IMG/VR virus record: IMGVR_UViG_3300050821_009430
Span: 1-64,000 of that record
Strand: one strand, 5' to 3'
DNA from: a virus
Length of the DNA stretch: 64,000 bases
The notes under the pieces: generated by a model
The model's input: only the letters and a program-made list of their open reading frames with translations
Databases searched by the model: none
What the model was told of the DNA's origin: nothing
Shown: positions 17,585-27,084 of the stretch, piece by piece
Numbering within the stretch: position 1 is the stretch's first letter
Layout: each line of letters opens with the position of its first letter
Program-made: the position numbers and the translations under genes

Positions 17585-18142
17585 TCAGCGATATTCTTTG
17601 GCATATTCAACAAGAACCGTACTGCCCTTGGCTTCGAATGCGTTCTGATACGCTGACACAATCATGCCTGCATCAATCAATCTTACAAGAGCCGTAGTTC
17701 GAAACATGCGCCTGAATGCTTCGGTGAAATCGGCGTCATGCTGGGATTGCGGATTGAAAGGGTGCGAACTGGGGGCAGCTACCCTGATAATGACCTTGGG
17801 CCAATAACCGCCACTAGAATACAACGGAATACGATCAAGATGATTAACAAGCTGATCGGCTGCCCGCAACATGAAGTTCCATCTTGGAATAATACAAACC
17901 GGAACATAACCGTTCAGGCTCATGCCAATACACATGCCCATTTGCATTTCTTCGGCCACTGGCATTTCAATACGCTTGTCAATAGGCACACCCGTCAAAG
18001 AACTACTTAGCGCCGTGCCCTCACAGCCAACACCCTGACCAAAGAACATCACTCGTTCCTGCTGACCAAGCCACGTCATGGCCCGGCTTAGCTCACCATT
18101 ATAGCTCACGGTTCTCCCGAATAAGCTTCCGTACAAACTCAT
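17585..18142 (-). CDS. TPP-dependent enzyme beta subunit (pyrimidine-binding domain only; E1-beta/transketolase-like)
   Basis: FFGQGV, IEMPVAEEMQMGMCIGMSL, PRWNF, DQLVNHLD, QH motif; lacks the C-terminal domain. Confidence 0.85.
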   Translation of the reverse strand: MSLYGSLFGRTVSYNGELSRAMTWLGQQERVMFFGQGVGCEGTALSSSLTGVPIDKRIEMPVAEEMQMGMCIGMSLNGYVPVCIIPRWNFMLRAADQLVNHLDRIPLYSSGGYWPKVIIRVAAPSSHPFNPQSQHDADFTEAFRRMFRTTALVRLIDAGMIVSAYQNAFEAKGSTVLVEYAKEYR

Positions 18143-18732
18143 TGCATGTGAACCCAACGGCCACTTCCGACATGCGGATAAGATAATTCATAATGGTATC
18201 TGCGAACGTTTATATCGTGATTGCCACCCCACACCGCTTTGGTATCGGTAGCTACCGACTTGCCATTGTCCTCGACAATAACGACCAAGGGCAAGTCATG
18301 GCCGCGTGCATAGCGAGTGCACTCGTGCACAATGCCTGACATCGCCGCCATATCGCCAATGAAGCAATAGACCTTGTCACCTTTACCGTCACGCTTAGCG
18401 GCCCAAGCCAGCCCCAGCGCCACCGGCACTATGCCCCCTACCATGGCTGAACAAATCACACGCTGTTGGGGAAAGCACAACGCAATGGAACGGCCTTCAA
18501 GAATGGCAGCTTTGAGTTCTTCAGGGGGCACACCCTTCAAGAGGCAATGCAGGTGGCTTCGCCAAGTCCCACCTACCCAATCGTTTTCTTTTATATTGTC
18601 AAATATGTCAATCAGGGTTTGCTCATTGCCCCCGCCCAAATGAACCGGGGCCTTGATCTTACCCGCATTGAATTTGGCAACAATATCTGCTTCAAACGCC
18701 TTCAGCGTTTCAACCGTGTGCCCGGTATCCAT
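18139..18732 (-). CDS. TPP-dependent enzyme alpha subunit (short E1-alpha-like)
   Basis: PVHLGGGNE, TWRSH, SAMVGG, GDM...EDNG TPP-binding motif, PHVGSG. Confidence 0.85.
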   Translation of the reverse strand: MDTGHTVETLKAFEADIVAKFNAGKIKAPVHLGGGNEQTLIDIFDNIKENDWVGGTWRSHLHCLLKGVPPEELKAAILEGRSIALCFPQQRVICSAMVGGIVPVALGLAWAAKRDGKGDKVYCFIGDMAAMSGIVHECTRYARGHDLPLVVIVEDNGKSVATDTKAVWGGNHDINVRRYHYELSYPHVGSGRWVHMQ

Positions 18733-19856
18733 TACAAAAATTCCATATGCGGGGGCTGCGGCTCGTTTGAAAAGGCCACGGTGCCTTTCATGAATTTATC
18801 CAGCCAAGAATTAGTGTTCGTCTGCAAACAATTAGGCCCGCAAGATTTCTGTGCATCAAATTCATCGGAGCCAAGATACCTGATCACTTCCCAGTAACGG
18901 TCACTGGCCCAAATGTCTTTGAACCGTGTGTCGCAGATATTCCCAATATGAAATTTTTTGTACTTTTCGTTAAAAAGGAACCCACAGGGGGCCACAAGAC
19001 CGCTACCGGATACCTGAAGAATAAACGGAGGGCCATAACAGCGCTGATAGTCACGTTTGCCCTCATTGACCAGCCTGCCCCACTTCACACTCACCCTGAA
19101 AGTATCGTCTGTATAGGTTTCAATCTCACGAAACTTATCTTCAAGTGCGGCATACTTAGAGTAATCAACGCCAAGCTGCCCCTCCACATCATCAGCACAA
19201 TGCTTGATGACCAAATAATCGGGCCTAAGGACATCACGACAAAGCTTGGCCAACGGTATGATTTCATCCTCGTCTTCAGGCATACAAACCATCTGGACAT
19301 TAATATTGACCGGCAAATTATCGCGGTGCTTGATTGCCATGGCATCCTTGATGTTCTGAATAACACGATCAAAGAACACCTTATTCAAACCCATGGTTTT
19401 GGCGTAGCCCTCACGGGTGCCTGCACCAAAATGAAAGCGCAAATAGCTGAGACACGGCAGCAACCGTTCCAACACCACCTTGTTCAGCACCACGCCATTG
19501 CTGGAAGCGCCAGTGGCAATGCCAAGCGCATGAGCATATTCCACAGCCTCAAGATAGTTCTTGTGCACCGTAGATTCGCCATCGCTGATAAATGAAATGC
19601 CCTTGACACCAATCTCGGCCGCATCTTCAAGAAAGTTGAACACCACTTCCTTGGTCTGATACTTGCGCTCGTTTTCCTGAAGCATGGCGTAGCAACACCG
19701 GCAGGAAGCCTGACATTCTCTCGTCATGGCATAATCAATGGTGATAGGAGCTATTTTTTCGCCGCGTTGCCATGCCAAAACTCTATCTTTATACCAGCCT
19801 ACTTTGGTGCCATCAATGATAAGCTGCTTGGTGAAATCCTGTGTCTGTTCGCTCAT
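18732..19856 (-). CDS. Radical SAM protein with SPASM/twitch domain
   Basis: CQASCRCC (CxxxCxxC), SDGES; C-terminal CY...G.VAPC...IGNI...IW...CGPNC. Confidence 0.9.
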   Translation of the reverse strand: MSEQTQDFTKQLIIDGTKVGWYKDRVLAWQRGEKIAPITIDYAMTRECQASCRCCYAMLQENERKYQTKEVVFNFLEDAAEIGVKGISFISDGESTVHKNYLEAVEYAHALGIATGASSNGVVLNKVVLERLLPCLSYLRFHFGAGTREGYAKTMGLNKVFFDRVIQNIKDAMAIKHRDNLPVNINVQMVCMPEDEDEIIPLAKLCRDVLRPDYLVIKHCADDVEGQLGVDYSKYAALEDKFREIETYTDDTFRVSVKWGRLVNEGKRDYQRCYGPPFILQVSGSGLVAPCGFLFNEKYKKFHIGNICDTRFKDIWASDRYWEVIRYLGSDEFDAQKSCGPNCLQTNTNSWLDKFMKGTVAFSNEPQPPHMEFL

Positions 19857-20041
19857 ATGGCATCGTCTTTCTTCAATTTCTGCCGGGGCTTGTTCTGATC
19901 GCGCATCGTATCCATGAACACTTCGGCGCGCACACCAAGCATCTTTCTGGCTAAGCGCTCAACCTCAAGCAAGAACGACCCCTTGTCAATGCCGTGGAAA
20001 CCTTCGCCAAGAAACTTGATATTGATCGGGTAATCAGACAT
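19853..20041 (-). CDS. Small hypothetical protein coupled to the radical SAM gene
   Basis: MSDYPINIKF...GSFLLEVERL...DQNKPR; ATGA overlap. Confidence 0.5.
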   Translation of the reverse strand: MSDYPINIKFLGEGFHGIDKGSFLLEVERLARKMLGVRAEVFMDTMRDQNKPRQKLKKDDAI

Positions 20042-20042
20042 T

Positions 20043-20186
20043 TCAATCACCATAGATGCCATACCGAGGGCCACATTCAAGGCACACACCGCCTATAAAA
20101 TAAATTAGAAGAAATGGAAACCAGAACCCGCGCACACCGGCTATGACCATGCCAACCGCACAAATTATGGCAAAAGGCTTTCTCAT
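20043..20186 (-). CDS. Small membrane protein (47 aa)
   Basis: Read by hand: MRKPFAIICAVGMVIAGVRGFWFPFLLIYFIGGVCLECGPRYGIYGD; ATGA coupling to the upstream gene. Confidence 0.45.
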   Translation of the reverse strand: MRKPFAIICAVGMVIAGVRGFWFPFLLIYFIGGVCLECGPRYGIYGD

Positions 20187-20767
20187 GCCGCTATTTCTTT
20201 ACTTCGTTTTTCTTCCATGAGAGCATCACACACCGCATGTAAAAGAATACTGTGAGCCAGTTCAACGCAGCCGTAGCTTTCCGACGGCACATAAAAGCTT
20301 ATATCGCCAATGATGCGTAACTTGTTGTGTGGATGGAAGCCGGTAAAGGTCATGACAAACATCCGCTTCTCATGCCCGGCTTTTGCCGCCTGAATAATAT
20401 TTCGTGAAGCACCTGAACTTGAAATAGCAATTAAAATATCGTTCGGTCTGCCGTGACATTCAACCTGCTTGGCATAAGCTTCGTCATAGCCAAAATCATT
20501 GGCTAAGCAGGTCAATGCCGAGGGATCGGAAAGCACCATGGCCCGCAGCCCGGCATTTTTCACAAGGTCAATCACAACGTGACTGGCAATGGCCGAGGAA
20601 CCGCCATTGCCAATAACCAGTATCTTGCCGCCGTTACCGTCAACCCAGCGAAGCAGGCTGACAACTTCACCCAATCCTTTTTCCAATGTCAGTTCGCCCG
20701 TGACCAGTGTATTGCCCACCGCCACCATAAGCGACGCAATGTAATCTTTTATCATTTGAGAAGCCAT
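20183..20767 (-). CDS. gmhA: Phosphoheptose isomerase-like SIS-domain protein
   Basis: GNGGSSAIASH, LTCLANDFGYD, ISSSGASRNII, TG, E..H motifs of the GmhA family. Confidence 0.85.
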   Translation of the reverse strand: MASQMIKDYIASLMVAVGNTLVTGELTLEKGLGEVVSLLRWVDGNGGKILVIGNGGSSAIASHVVIDLVKNAGLRAMVLSDPSALTCLANDFGYDEAYAKQVECHGRPNDILIAISSSGASRNIIQAAKAGHEKRMFVMTFTGFHPHNKLRIIGDISFYVPSESYGCVELAHSILLHAVCDALMEEKRSKEIAA

Positions 20768-22077
20768 TCGATGTTTTTCAAAATGTCATCGCGGCCAACA
20801 TGCTGGCGGTGACCCAATATAGCGGTTTTGAGGCCACCCGCAACATTGCCTACAAAGGCCGCCAGTTCAAGCGGCAGCCCGGCCGCTACCAGGGGGGCAC
20901 TCACGGCTAAAAACGCATCACCGGCCCCCATAGTGTCAAAGCCGGTGCTTACAAACGCGGGTATGGCAACATCACCCACCAAGCAACCGTAGCGGCCCCG
21001 CGTGATGACTATATTTTCGGTTTGCAGCCTGTTGGCAATCCGCCGAACAATCTGCGGTAATGCAATATGACGGTCCCTGACCGTCAGCATGGCTTCCGGC
21101 TCGTCCACGCAAACATAATCGGCCCGGTGATAATTGAACACACTATTGAAACCGTAGTTCCCGGCATTGGCCTGGGCCGTCACGGCAAGGAACTTTGCGG
21201 TTTGCAACGCCTCACGCTCAAGCTGACCCAGCAAGCCATGACCAAAATCAAAAGCAATGCACAAGTCAGCCTGAACAATCAGTTCACCAAGTTTCTTTCT
21301 AAAGCTGACCCGTTCGTCGGCTTCAATTTCTATTTCCCTGCTTGAATAAACCTCAAACAGCTTGCGTGAGAAATCGGCATCGACAAAACGTGTTTTGGTG
21401 ATGGTGGCAAAACTGGTAATCACTTCGGCCCCGCGCCACTCACCGTGCTTGGCGGCGGCCCGCACCCCACCATTGAACTTTTCCGTGTTGGTGCCTACCA
21501 CCGCAAGGATAAATTCCTTTGACGGCTTGGCCAAAGGCTTCACGTAACGGTATTCGTCTATGACGGTTTCACCTATAAAGGCTATCTTGAGTTTATCCGC
21601 CCTTTCAAATGCCTGAAGAATATCTGGCAGGTATTTACGCACACCTTCAATATAGGCCAAGGCAGCATCGCTGAGTTTGACGGTACGCAATAGTTCGGTT
21701 GAGGACCACTTTTCGGCGGTAGTGATATGAAAGCTGCCGCCAATCAGCTCCACCGCCTCACGTTCAATGGCCAGATAAGGATTATCGGTATTGGCATAAT
21801 CGGGGCCTTTGACGTAAACCGCAGGCTTGATTTTATAGATAGAATCAACCGCCGTGCCGGTTTCACTGATAATCACTTCGTCCACACATTCCAGCGATAA
21901 TAATGCTTCGCGGCGCTGCTCGGCGGTGAAGTGCGGCCTACCGGGGCCTTTATTGACGTGGGCATCGCAGGTGATGCTGACCACCAGCCGGTCACCCAAG
22001 GAACGGGCTTCCGTCAAATGACGGATATGACCCAAATGCAATAAATCAAAACAGCCATGGGCTAGAACGGTATTCAT
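20752..22077 (-). CDS. Bifunctional nucleotidyltransferase plus PfkB kinase (HldE/RfaE-like, nucleotidyltransferase first)
   Basis: HGCFDLLHLGHIRHL, VNKGPGRP, YVKGPDY, SST; kinase IGETVIDEY, DFGHG, ITRG..G, DTMGAGDAF. Start set at 22077 by coupling to the upstream small ORF. Confidence 0.88.
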   Translation of the reverse strand: MNTVLAHGCFDLLHLGHIRHLTEARSLGDRLVVSITCDAHVNKGPGRPHFTAEQRREALLSLECVDEVIISETGTAVDSIYKIKPAVYVKGPDYANTDNPYLAIEREAVELIGGSFHITTAEKWSSTELLRTVKLSDAALAYIEGVRKYLPDILQAFERADKLKIAFIGETVIDEYRYVKPLAKPSKEFILAVVGTNTEKFNGGVRAAAKHGEWRGAEVITSFATITKTRFVDADFSRKLFEVYSSREIEIEADERVSFRKKLGELIVQADLCIAFDFGHGLLGQLEREALQTAKFLAVTAQANAGNYGFNSVFNYHRADYVCVDEPEAMLTVRDRHIALPQIVRRIANRLQTENIVITRGRYGCLVGDVAIPAFVSTGFDTMGAGDAFLAVSAPLVAAGLPLELAAFVGNVAGGLKTAILGHRQHVGRDDILKNIEWLLK

Positions 22078-22205
22078 GGAAAGTACCAATACCAAGCATA
22101 TTCCAACAAAGGCCACCAAATCAAAATACCCAAAACGGTCACACTCATAAAACACAACAGCAGAAGCGCCACGATCAGGTTTTCAATAGTGAAGTAGTGG
22201 ATCAT
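22074..22205 (-). CDS. Small membrane protein (43 aa)
   Basis: Read by hand: MIHYFTIENLIVALLLLCFMSVTVLGILIWWPLLEYAWYWYFP; its TGA overlaps the next ATG. Confidence 0.45.
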   Translation of the reverse strand: MIHYFTIENLIVALLLLCFMSVTVLGILIWWPLLEYAWYWYFP

Positions 22206-22214
22206 AAGAAATCT

Positions 22215-22397
22215 TTACCCCAGATCATCACCACAACACTGACAACGCATATCAGGCGAATTACCGCTGGAATACCAGATCACCCCGGCAGGGTGACCGC
22301 GTAACCGGCACCAAAGGATCTGCCACGTTTGTTCTTCACGATCCCATTCAACAGGAGCGAACAGGTAACGCCACCAGGACAGGTAAAACCAGCGCAT
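22215..22397 (-). CDS. Small Trp-rich protein with C-x4-H...CxxC; first, apparently leaderless, gene of the left-arm transcript
   Basis: WCRLRGH...CQCCG; the ATG starts 5 nt after a TATAAT. Confidence 0.55.
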   Translation of the reverse strand: MRWFYLSWWRYLFAPVEWDREEQTWQILWCRLRGHPAGVIWYSSGNSPDMRCQCCGDDLG

Positions 22398-22402
22398 GCC
22401 TG

Positions 22403-22431
22403 ATTATACGTTCGTAGGGGTAAGAATACAA
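22403..22431 (-). promoter_or_regulatory. sigma70-type promoter heading the sugar cluster
   Basis: TTGTAT-17 nt-TATAAT on the minus strand; palindrome GTTATC-N5-GATAAC immediately upstream. Confidence 0.7.
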
Positions 22432-22665
22432 TGTTATCTAAACGATAACAATTATCGAATCTTACTCAGCGATTCGTGGGGACTTGATTTTATGCACGTA
22501 TGCAGGAATACTATTACTTCTTTCGATAATCATTTTAGAATCTTGGTGCGTAATTCGACGGGAACCGGCACAGCCACACAGGGGGAGGGGGACCTCTTTT
22601 CATCTTCATCGCACATCCATGCCCCAGCCCGGTATTGTGCTCTAGAGCCATGGTGGCCGTGCGGT

Positions 22666-22696
22666 AGCTCCTGATCCAGAGGAAGGATCAGGAGCT
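22666..22696. repeat. Perfect 12-bp inverted repeat
   Basis: AGCTCCTGATCC-AGAGGAA-GGATCAGGAGCT. Confidence 0.8.
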
Positions 22697-22755
22697 TGGA
22701 TGCTTTGACTACCCCATAAGAGTTAGGTTAGCGGCATTCGCGCCGCGCTGCCCAT

Positions 22756-22992
22756 TTAACCCTGTTGCTGGTCGAACCGCTTTTCCATTTCCAAATCTCG
22801 CAATTCCGTTCCACTCTCGCCAATCTCGGAATAGAACACGTAATCAGCCGGTCCCTCATATTCGTCATACGCGGGGCAACCCCAAGTGCCCGGACCGTTC
22901 TCCGGATCGCCGTCGTCAAATTCAGCTTCATGTGCGGTGTACTTATACCCCAACGCCAACAGATGCTCGTGTAAAGCTAAGTTGAATGGCAT
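22756..22992 (-). CDS. Small acidic hypothetical protein
   Basis: AAGGAG RBS before MPFNLALHEH; DDGDPENGP motif. Confidence 0.6.
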   Translation of the reverse strand: MPFNLALHEHLLALGYKYTAHEAEFDDGDPENGPGTWGCPAYDEYEGPADYVFYSEIGESGTELRDLEMEKRFDQQQG

Positions 22993-23121
22993 AGCTTTGC
23001 TCCTTTGATTTGAGTTCACTCTAGACAGATAGCAGAACACAAAGCATCTTTCGAGATAATAAGCTATAAAAGATAACATACCGCCATGCAGAAATAACAT
23101 GGGTTTTATCGTTTATAGCTA

Positions 23122-23150
23122 TTGAAATTATCACGGCTTTAAAGTACTTT
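23122..23150 (+). promoter_or_regulatory. sigma70-type promoter
   Basis: TTGAAA-17 nt-TACTTT upstream of the 23251 gene. Confidence 0.55.
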
Positions 23151-23250
23151 CGTTTTGTTAGCTGGCGCACACATACCCGTTACAAGCGCCCTTGAAACCC
23201 TCACAGTGGCAGCCCTGACAAGCTGCGGTAACGGGCAGAAGGAAGAAGCT

Positions 23251-23772
23251 ATGAGCAACGTGAAACATATCAGCTATTACACCAACGTCACGCAGCAGTG
23301 GTCAAAGCCCCTGGGGGCCAAACCCACTGAGGCGCAACTGTCACTGGCCCATGTGTTTGGGCGACCGGGCAAGCAAAGCTTGGCGGTGGCAATGGCGTTG
23401 CGTGACGGCGGCGTGACCGGCAGTCAGGTCAAACTGGCGTCAAGCCTGTTTGACGGCAAAGCTACCCCGCAGTTGAACCACATGCGTGACTTGATCAAGG
23501 CCCGCATGTTCAACCGTGAGGCGGTGCCGGGTGCCTACGCCATTACCCTGGGGCCAAAGGGTCAACAGTTTGTTGACCTGCATGGTGCCAAGGCGGTTGA
23601 AAAACTGGCTGACAAAGCGGCCGGTGACAAGCCCGTCAAGGCCGGCAAAAAGGCCAAGGTGAGCAAGCCGCGTAAGGCCAAGGCTGAAACCGTGACCATC
23701 ACTGAAACCGCGCCTGAGGCGGTTGTGGTGCCGGTCAGCGGTGAAGCCCCGGCTAAGCACGCTACCGCGTAA
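23251..23772 (+). CDS. Putative DNA-binding protein (wHTH-like core plus Lys/Ala-rich tail)
   Basis: AAGGAAG RBS; FGRPGKQSLAVAMALRDGGVT core and KPVKAGKKAKVSKPRKAK tail; has its own promoter and terminator. Confidence 0.65.
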   Translation: MSNVKHISYYTNVTQQWSKPLGAKPTEAQLSLAHVFGRPGKQSLAVAMALRDGGVTGSQVKLASSLFDGKATPQLNHMRDLIKARMFNREAVPGAYAITLGPKGQQFVDLHGAKAVEKLADKAAGDKPVKAGKKAKVSKPRKAKAETVTITETAPEAVVVPVSGEAPAKHATA

Positions 23773-23778
23773 CTGAGC

Positions 23779-23811
23779 TAGCCCCGCGCAAATGCGGGGC
23801 TACTTTCATTT
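23779..23811 (+). terminator. Intrinsic terminator
   Basis: TAGCCCCGC-GCAAAT-GCGGGGCTA-CTTTCATTT. Confidence 0.75.
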
Positions 23812-24141
23812 GCTTGTCCTGCATCTTCCTCTAGAGTCACCCACATCTAATCCCATCGTCGTTTTCCAGACGAACCAAGCCATAACCTCATCGGCTCATC
23901 GCCCGTGAAAACTCATCCAGTGATCTTCCAGAGGAAGGGTAAGGCCGTCGTCCAGAGCGGCCTAAATGGCTCATCTCACTGGTTCAGGAAGTAATGATTG
24001 GGTGTCTTCGGGAGGAGCTGAAGCCGTCGTCGCCGTTGGCCGCCAAGCGACGCGTCGGCGACGATAGCTCCTAAAGATCACCTTGTCAAGCCCCTAAACC
24101 TCATCCAGCATGATCCAGACAACCCCAATAATCAATAAACC

Positions 24142-25606
24142 TCATCGTCTAACCCTGTATACGGCTCCGCAGGAAGCATAAGCAGCAGCAAGCGTACGTC
24201 GCATGATCTCATCTGATTGGATCTTCCAACACACAGGGCAATAGGTGCGTCTGCATATCAATAGCCGTGGTTCCTTACCATTCCATCCACCACCCCTCTT
24301 AGGCGCTCTTACCAGCATTACCTGCCTATGCTGCCCGCAAAACCACTCCCCCACCATGGTGCGAAGTATCTCCTCAGAACCACGATAGAAAACTTCCACC
24401 TTTGCGCTTCGCACCATATAAAGCTTCATTCTGGGCCTTCATGGCAACGTCCTGTTCCTTGAAAACATAATTTGCATACTCAAATTGAGTCCCCTGTTTC
24501 TTCACCCATACCTTGCCACCCCTAAGTTCCATCGTACCTTTGGCTTGTCCTTCTATGAATTTAGGCAATCCTATTGACTTATTGAGTGGTTCCCACCACT
24601 CAACCTTGGCAGTTAATGCGCCCAATAAATTGCCTAGATCATCCATCATCCTGATCTACCCCGCTCTTCGCCCTTACCCATCTTCCACCATAATCTGATT
24701 CTTCATATTATTGGTGTCTTCGTAGGATCATCTACAAAGTACCATTCAACCGGCTCAGGGCGGCCGCTGATCCCCGGCCTCCACTTTAATTTAACCTGAC
24801 GGCTAACATGATTTAATCCAACGTCCCGCATGGTTTTTCTAGCTAAACCCTCAATATATTGAGGAATGGTAATCCCTGCTTTTGGCACCAACGGTATCCA
24901 AAAAGTGCCATCCGGGCGTGCCTGTGGCCTATTGCCCGGTGTTAGGATTGGAGCGACCATGATACTTCTTCATTCCTGTTCTACCCTGCTTGAGCAATAT
25001 ACTGATCTCATCCTTGCTCATAGTAGGTATCTTGGCCAACAATTCCCGCTTCTTGGGGCACCTTGGCCTTGATTGTTTGTTTATCTTCCTCATAAGGGCA
25101 CAACAATTGGCCCTGGGCCTCTTGGTTTTAACGCCATCCGTCGTGATATAGCCAAGAATAATAGCCAAAGCGGCTATCCGTCCATATTCATAGGGCGTTT
25201 TTGTAATGATCTTTTTAATGACAACCTCTGGATGGCCCCTGGTTTCGGATGCAGCCATTTGCATCCTACCCTTGGCGCGCTCCTTGATGAACTCTGGAAG
25301 TGGAATTGTTCCACGGTCGCAAATCTCCCAATGCCACCTGATATGATGCTTCGTCTTGGTTGGCATCTGGGCCACTGCATCGCGCCATTTGGCGAACCAG
25401 TAATCTTTATCCCTCGTATCCCATTCGTGCTTGAGTGGAATGGCCATGCGTGGTGAGGCATTCTTGTTCAAACCTTTGAATGCCTGAATAGCTTCTTCCA
25501 GGGCATTTGCCGGTGTCAGGCAATGACGTTCACATGGTAAATTATCGTCTAGGGCCATGAATGATCTTGGCCCGCTAAAATCCCAATATCTAACGTCATA
25601 CCACAT
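24142..25606 (-). CDS. Four hypothetical ORFs (24929-25606, 24703-24960, 24374-24649, 24142-24429)
   Basis: Tandem, partly overlapping minus-strand ORFs with no recognisable motifs. Confidence 0.45.
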
Positions 25607-25643
25607 GGGGCCAGCCTAGCACTGAATGAACGAAGTTTCAGCC

Positions 25644-25680
25644 AAAACAAAGGACCCGCAGCTTTAGGGGCCACGGGTCC
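25644..25680 (-). terminator. Intrinsic terminator
   Basis: Minus strand GGACCCGTGGC...GCTGCGGGTCC followed by TTTGTTTT. Confidence 0.7.
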
Positions 25681-25829
25681 AACTTGCAGAACAGAATTAC
25701 AAGGTAGTTTCCAAAGGTTTTCGGAATGGTTATGTTTTGGGTTTACTTCATGCCGTCGCTCTCCTGCGTAAGGGTTGATGTATGCTCAGGCAGTGCAGCA
25801 AATTTATGGGAGCGTTTCAAGCTTTTTAT

Positions 25830-25866
25830 AAGAAAACGGCCCCGAAAGCGTGGAGCTCTCGGGGCC
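25830..25866 (-). terminator. Intrinsic terminator
   Basis: Minus strand GGCCCCGAGAGC-TCCAC-GCTTTCGGGGCC followed by GTTTTCTT. Confidence 0.7.
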
Positions 25867-27084
25867 TCTATAAGTGGCTGTGGTGCCGTCCACTAAGGGG
25901 TTGCCATGACACCCCTCCGACCATGTGCCCGGAAAGCCACCGTTGTTTTCATCTGTGGGTCTTCAAACCCAGCACAACGGCTGGGGCATAAACTGAGTAA
26001 GAAGTGGCGTTCCACAGGGTATCTGAAAGAAGCGTGCCCATGAGCGGGGCTCTGGGGGAGGACGGGGGAAGTTGCAACCACCCACAGGCACGGTCAGCAA
26101 CAAATCACAGGCTAAAAGAACTTTCAAGTAAAACTTACGATAACACTTCCTACATATTCGTAAATCTGCCTGTTATATTCGTTTGCAATTTGCTTCAATC
26201 AGTTTGTGTGACCGGCAATCGCGTGGTTTAGTTGCGGTTTTGGCCGGTCACGTTTTGAAAGGGCGCTGATAACCCTTGCTGAGCCGCGCCAGTGAACTTG
26301 CGCGGCCTATGAACAATAACGGGCACACTTCAAACACCGCTAATCAATGGGCACCTAAAGCCCGCTGCACTTGATGGGAAGCTTATACAGATGCGCGCCC
26401 CACAATACGGCCAAGGCAACAAACGGGTGAAGCCGCCCGCGTTGCCGCGTGAGAATGCACTATTGGGCCGTGTGCAATTACCCCAACGTGAAAAACGCAA
26501 GTCACGCGAGGATAACAGGGTTGTGCATTGGGGTTTCGGCCGTGATTTTGGCCGTCACCCGTGGGCCGAGCATCACTAAGCGGCAAGCGGCAGTAAAGAA
26601 ATAACCCGTACCCCTACCGGGCCGCCTGAAACAGGGCGAGCGGTTTAACGTGAGCCTTTAGGCTCATAGTTAGCTGCGTCACGGGGCTACAAGCCAATTG
26701 CATGCCTTTGCTGCCCTGGCGCTCACTGTTGTGCACTACGCATGATTTGCAAGGCCATAACGCAAGCTTGGCTGACTACAGCCCATACGTAAAATTCCCA
26801 AGGGTTCCACGCCTTGGGCCGGGCGTTCCCCGCGTCATACTTGGGTGTATCTTTTCTTGTATGCCAAGCTTTTGTTCTCCTTGCTGAAAGCGCACCAATA
26901 ACTGTATGTATCGTTTACTTGACTTAAACTGAATAAGAAACCGCGTTTTGATCTCATGCCGCGCAACCTTTGCTATGGCAGCACCGCAAACAAGGCTTGA
27001 AACCAACAACACACACAATCTATTGGGCCGGGCGCTCGAAGTGCCCGGCCTGTTAGTCAATTTTGACAAGAAGGAGATTTAGCT

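Noticed and set aside
17585-18732. Pyruvate dehydrogenase E1 as an auxiliary metabolic gene
   Set aside because: Both subunits are much shorter than E1, there is no E2 or E3, and the context is sugar biosynthesis.
26232-26890. Protein-coding genes in the 26.2-26.9 kb gap
   Set aside because: Short ORFs on both strands lack RBSs and protein-like composition, so they are left unannotated.
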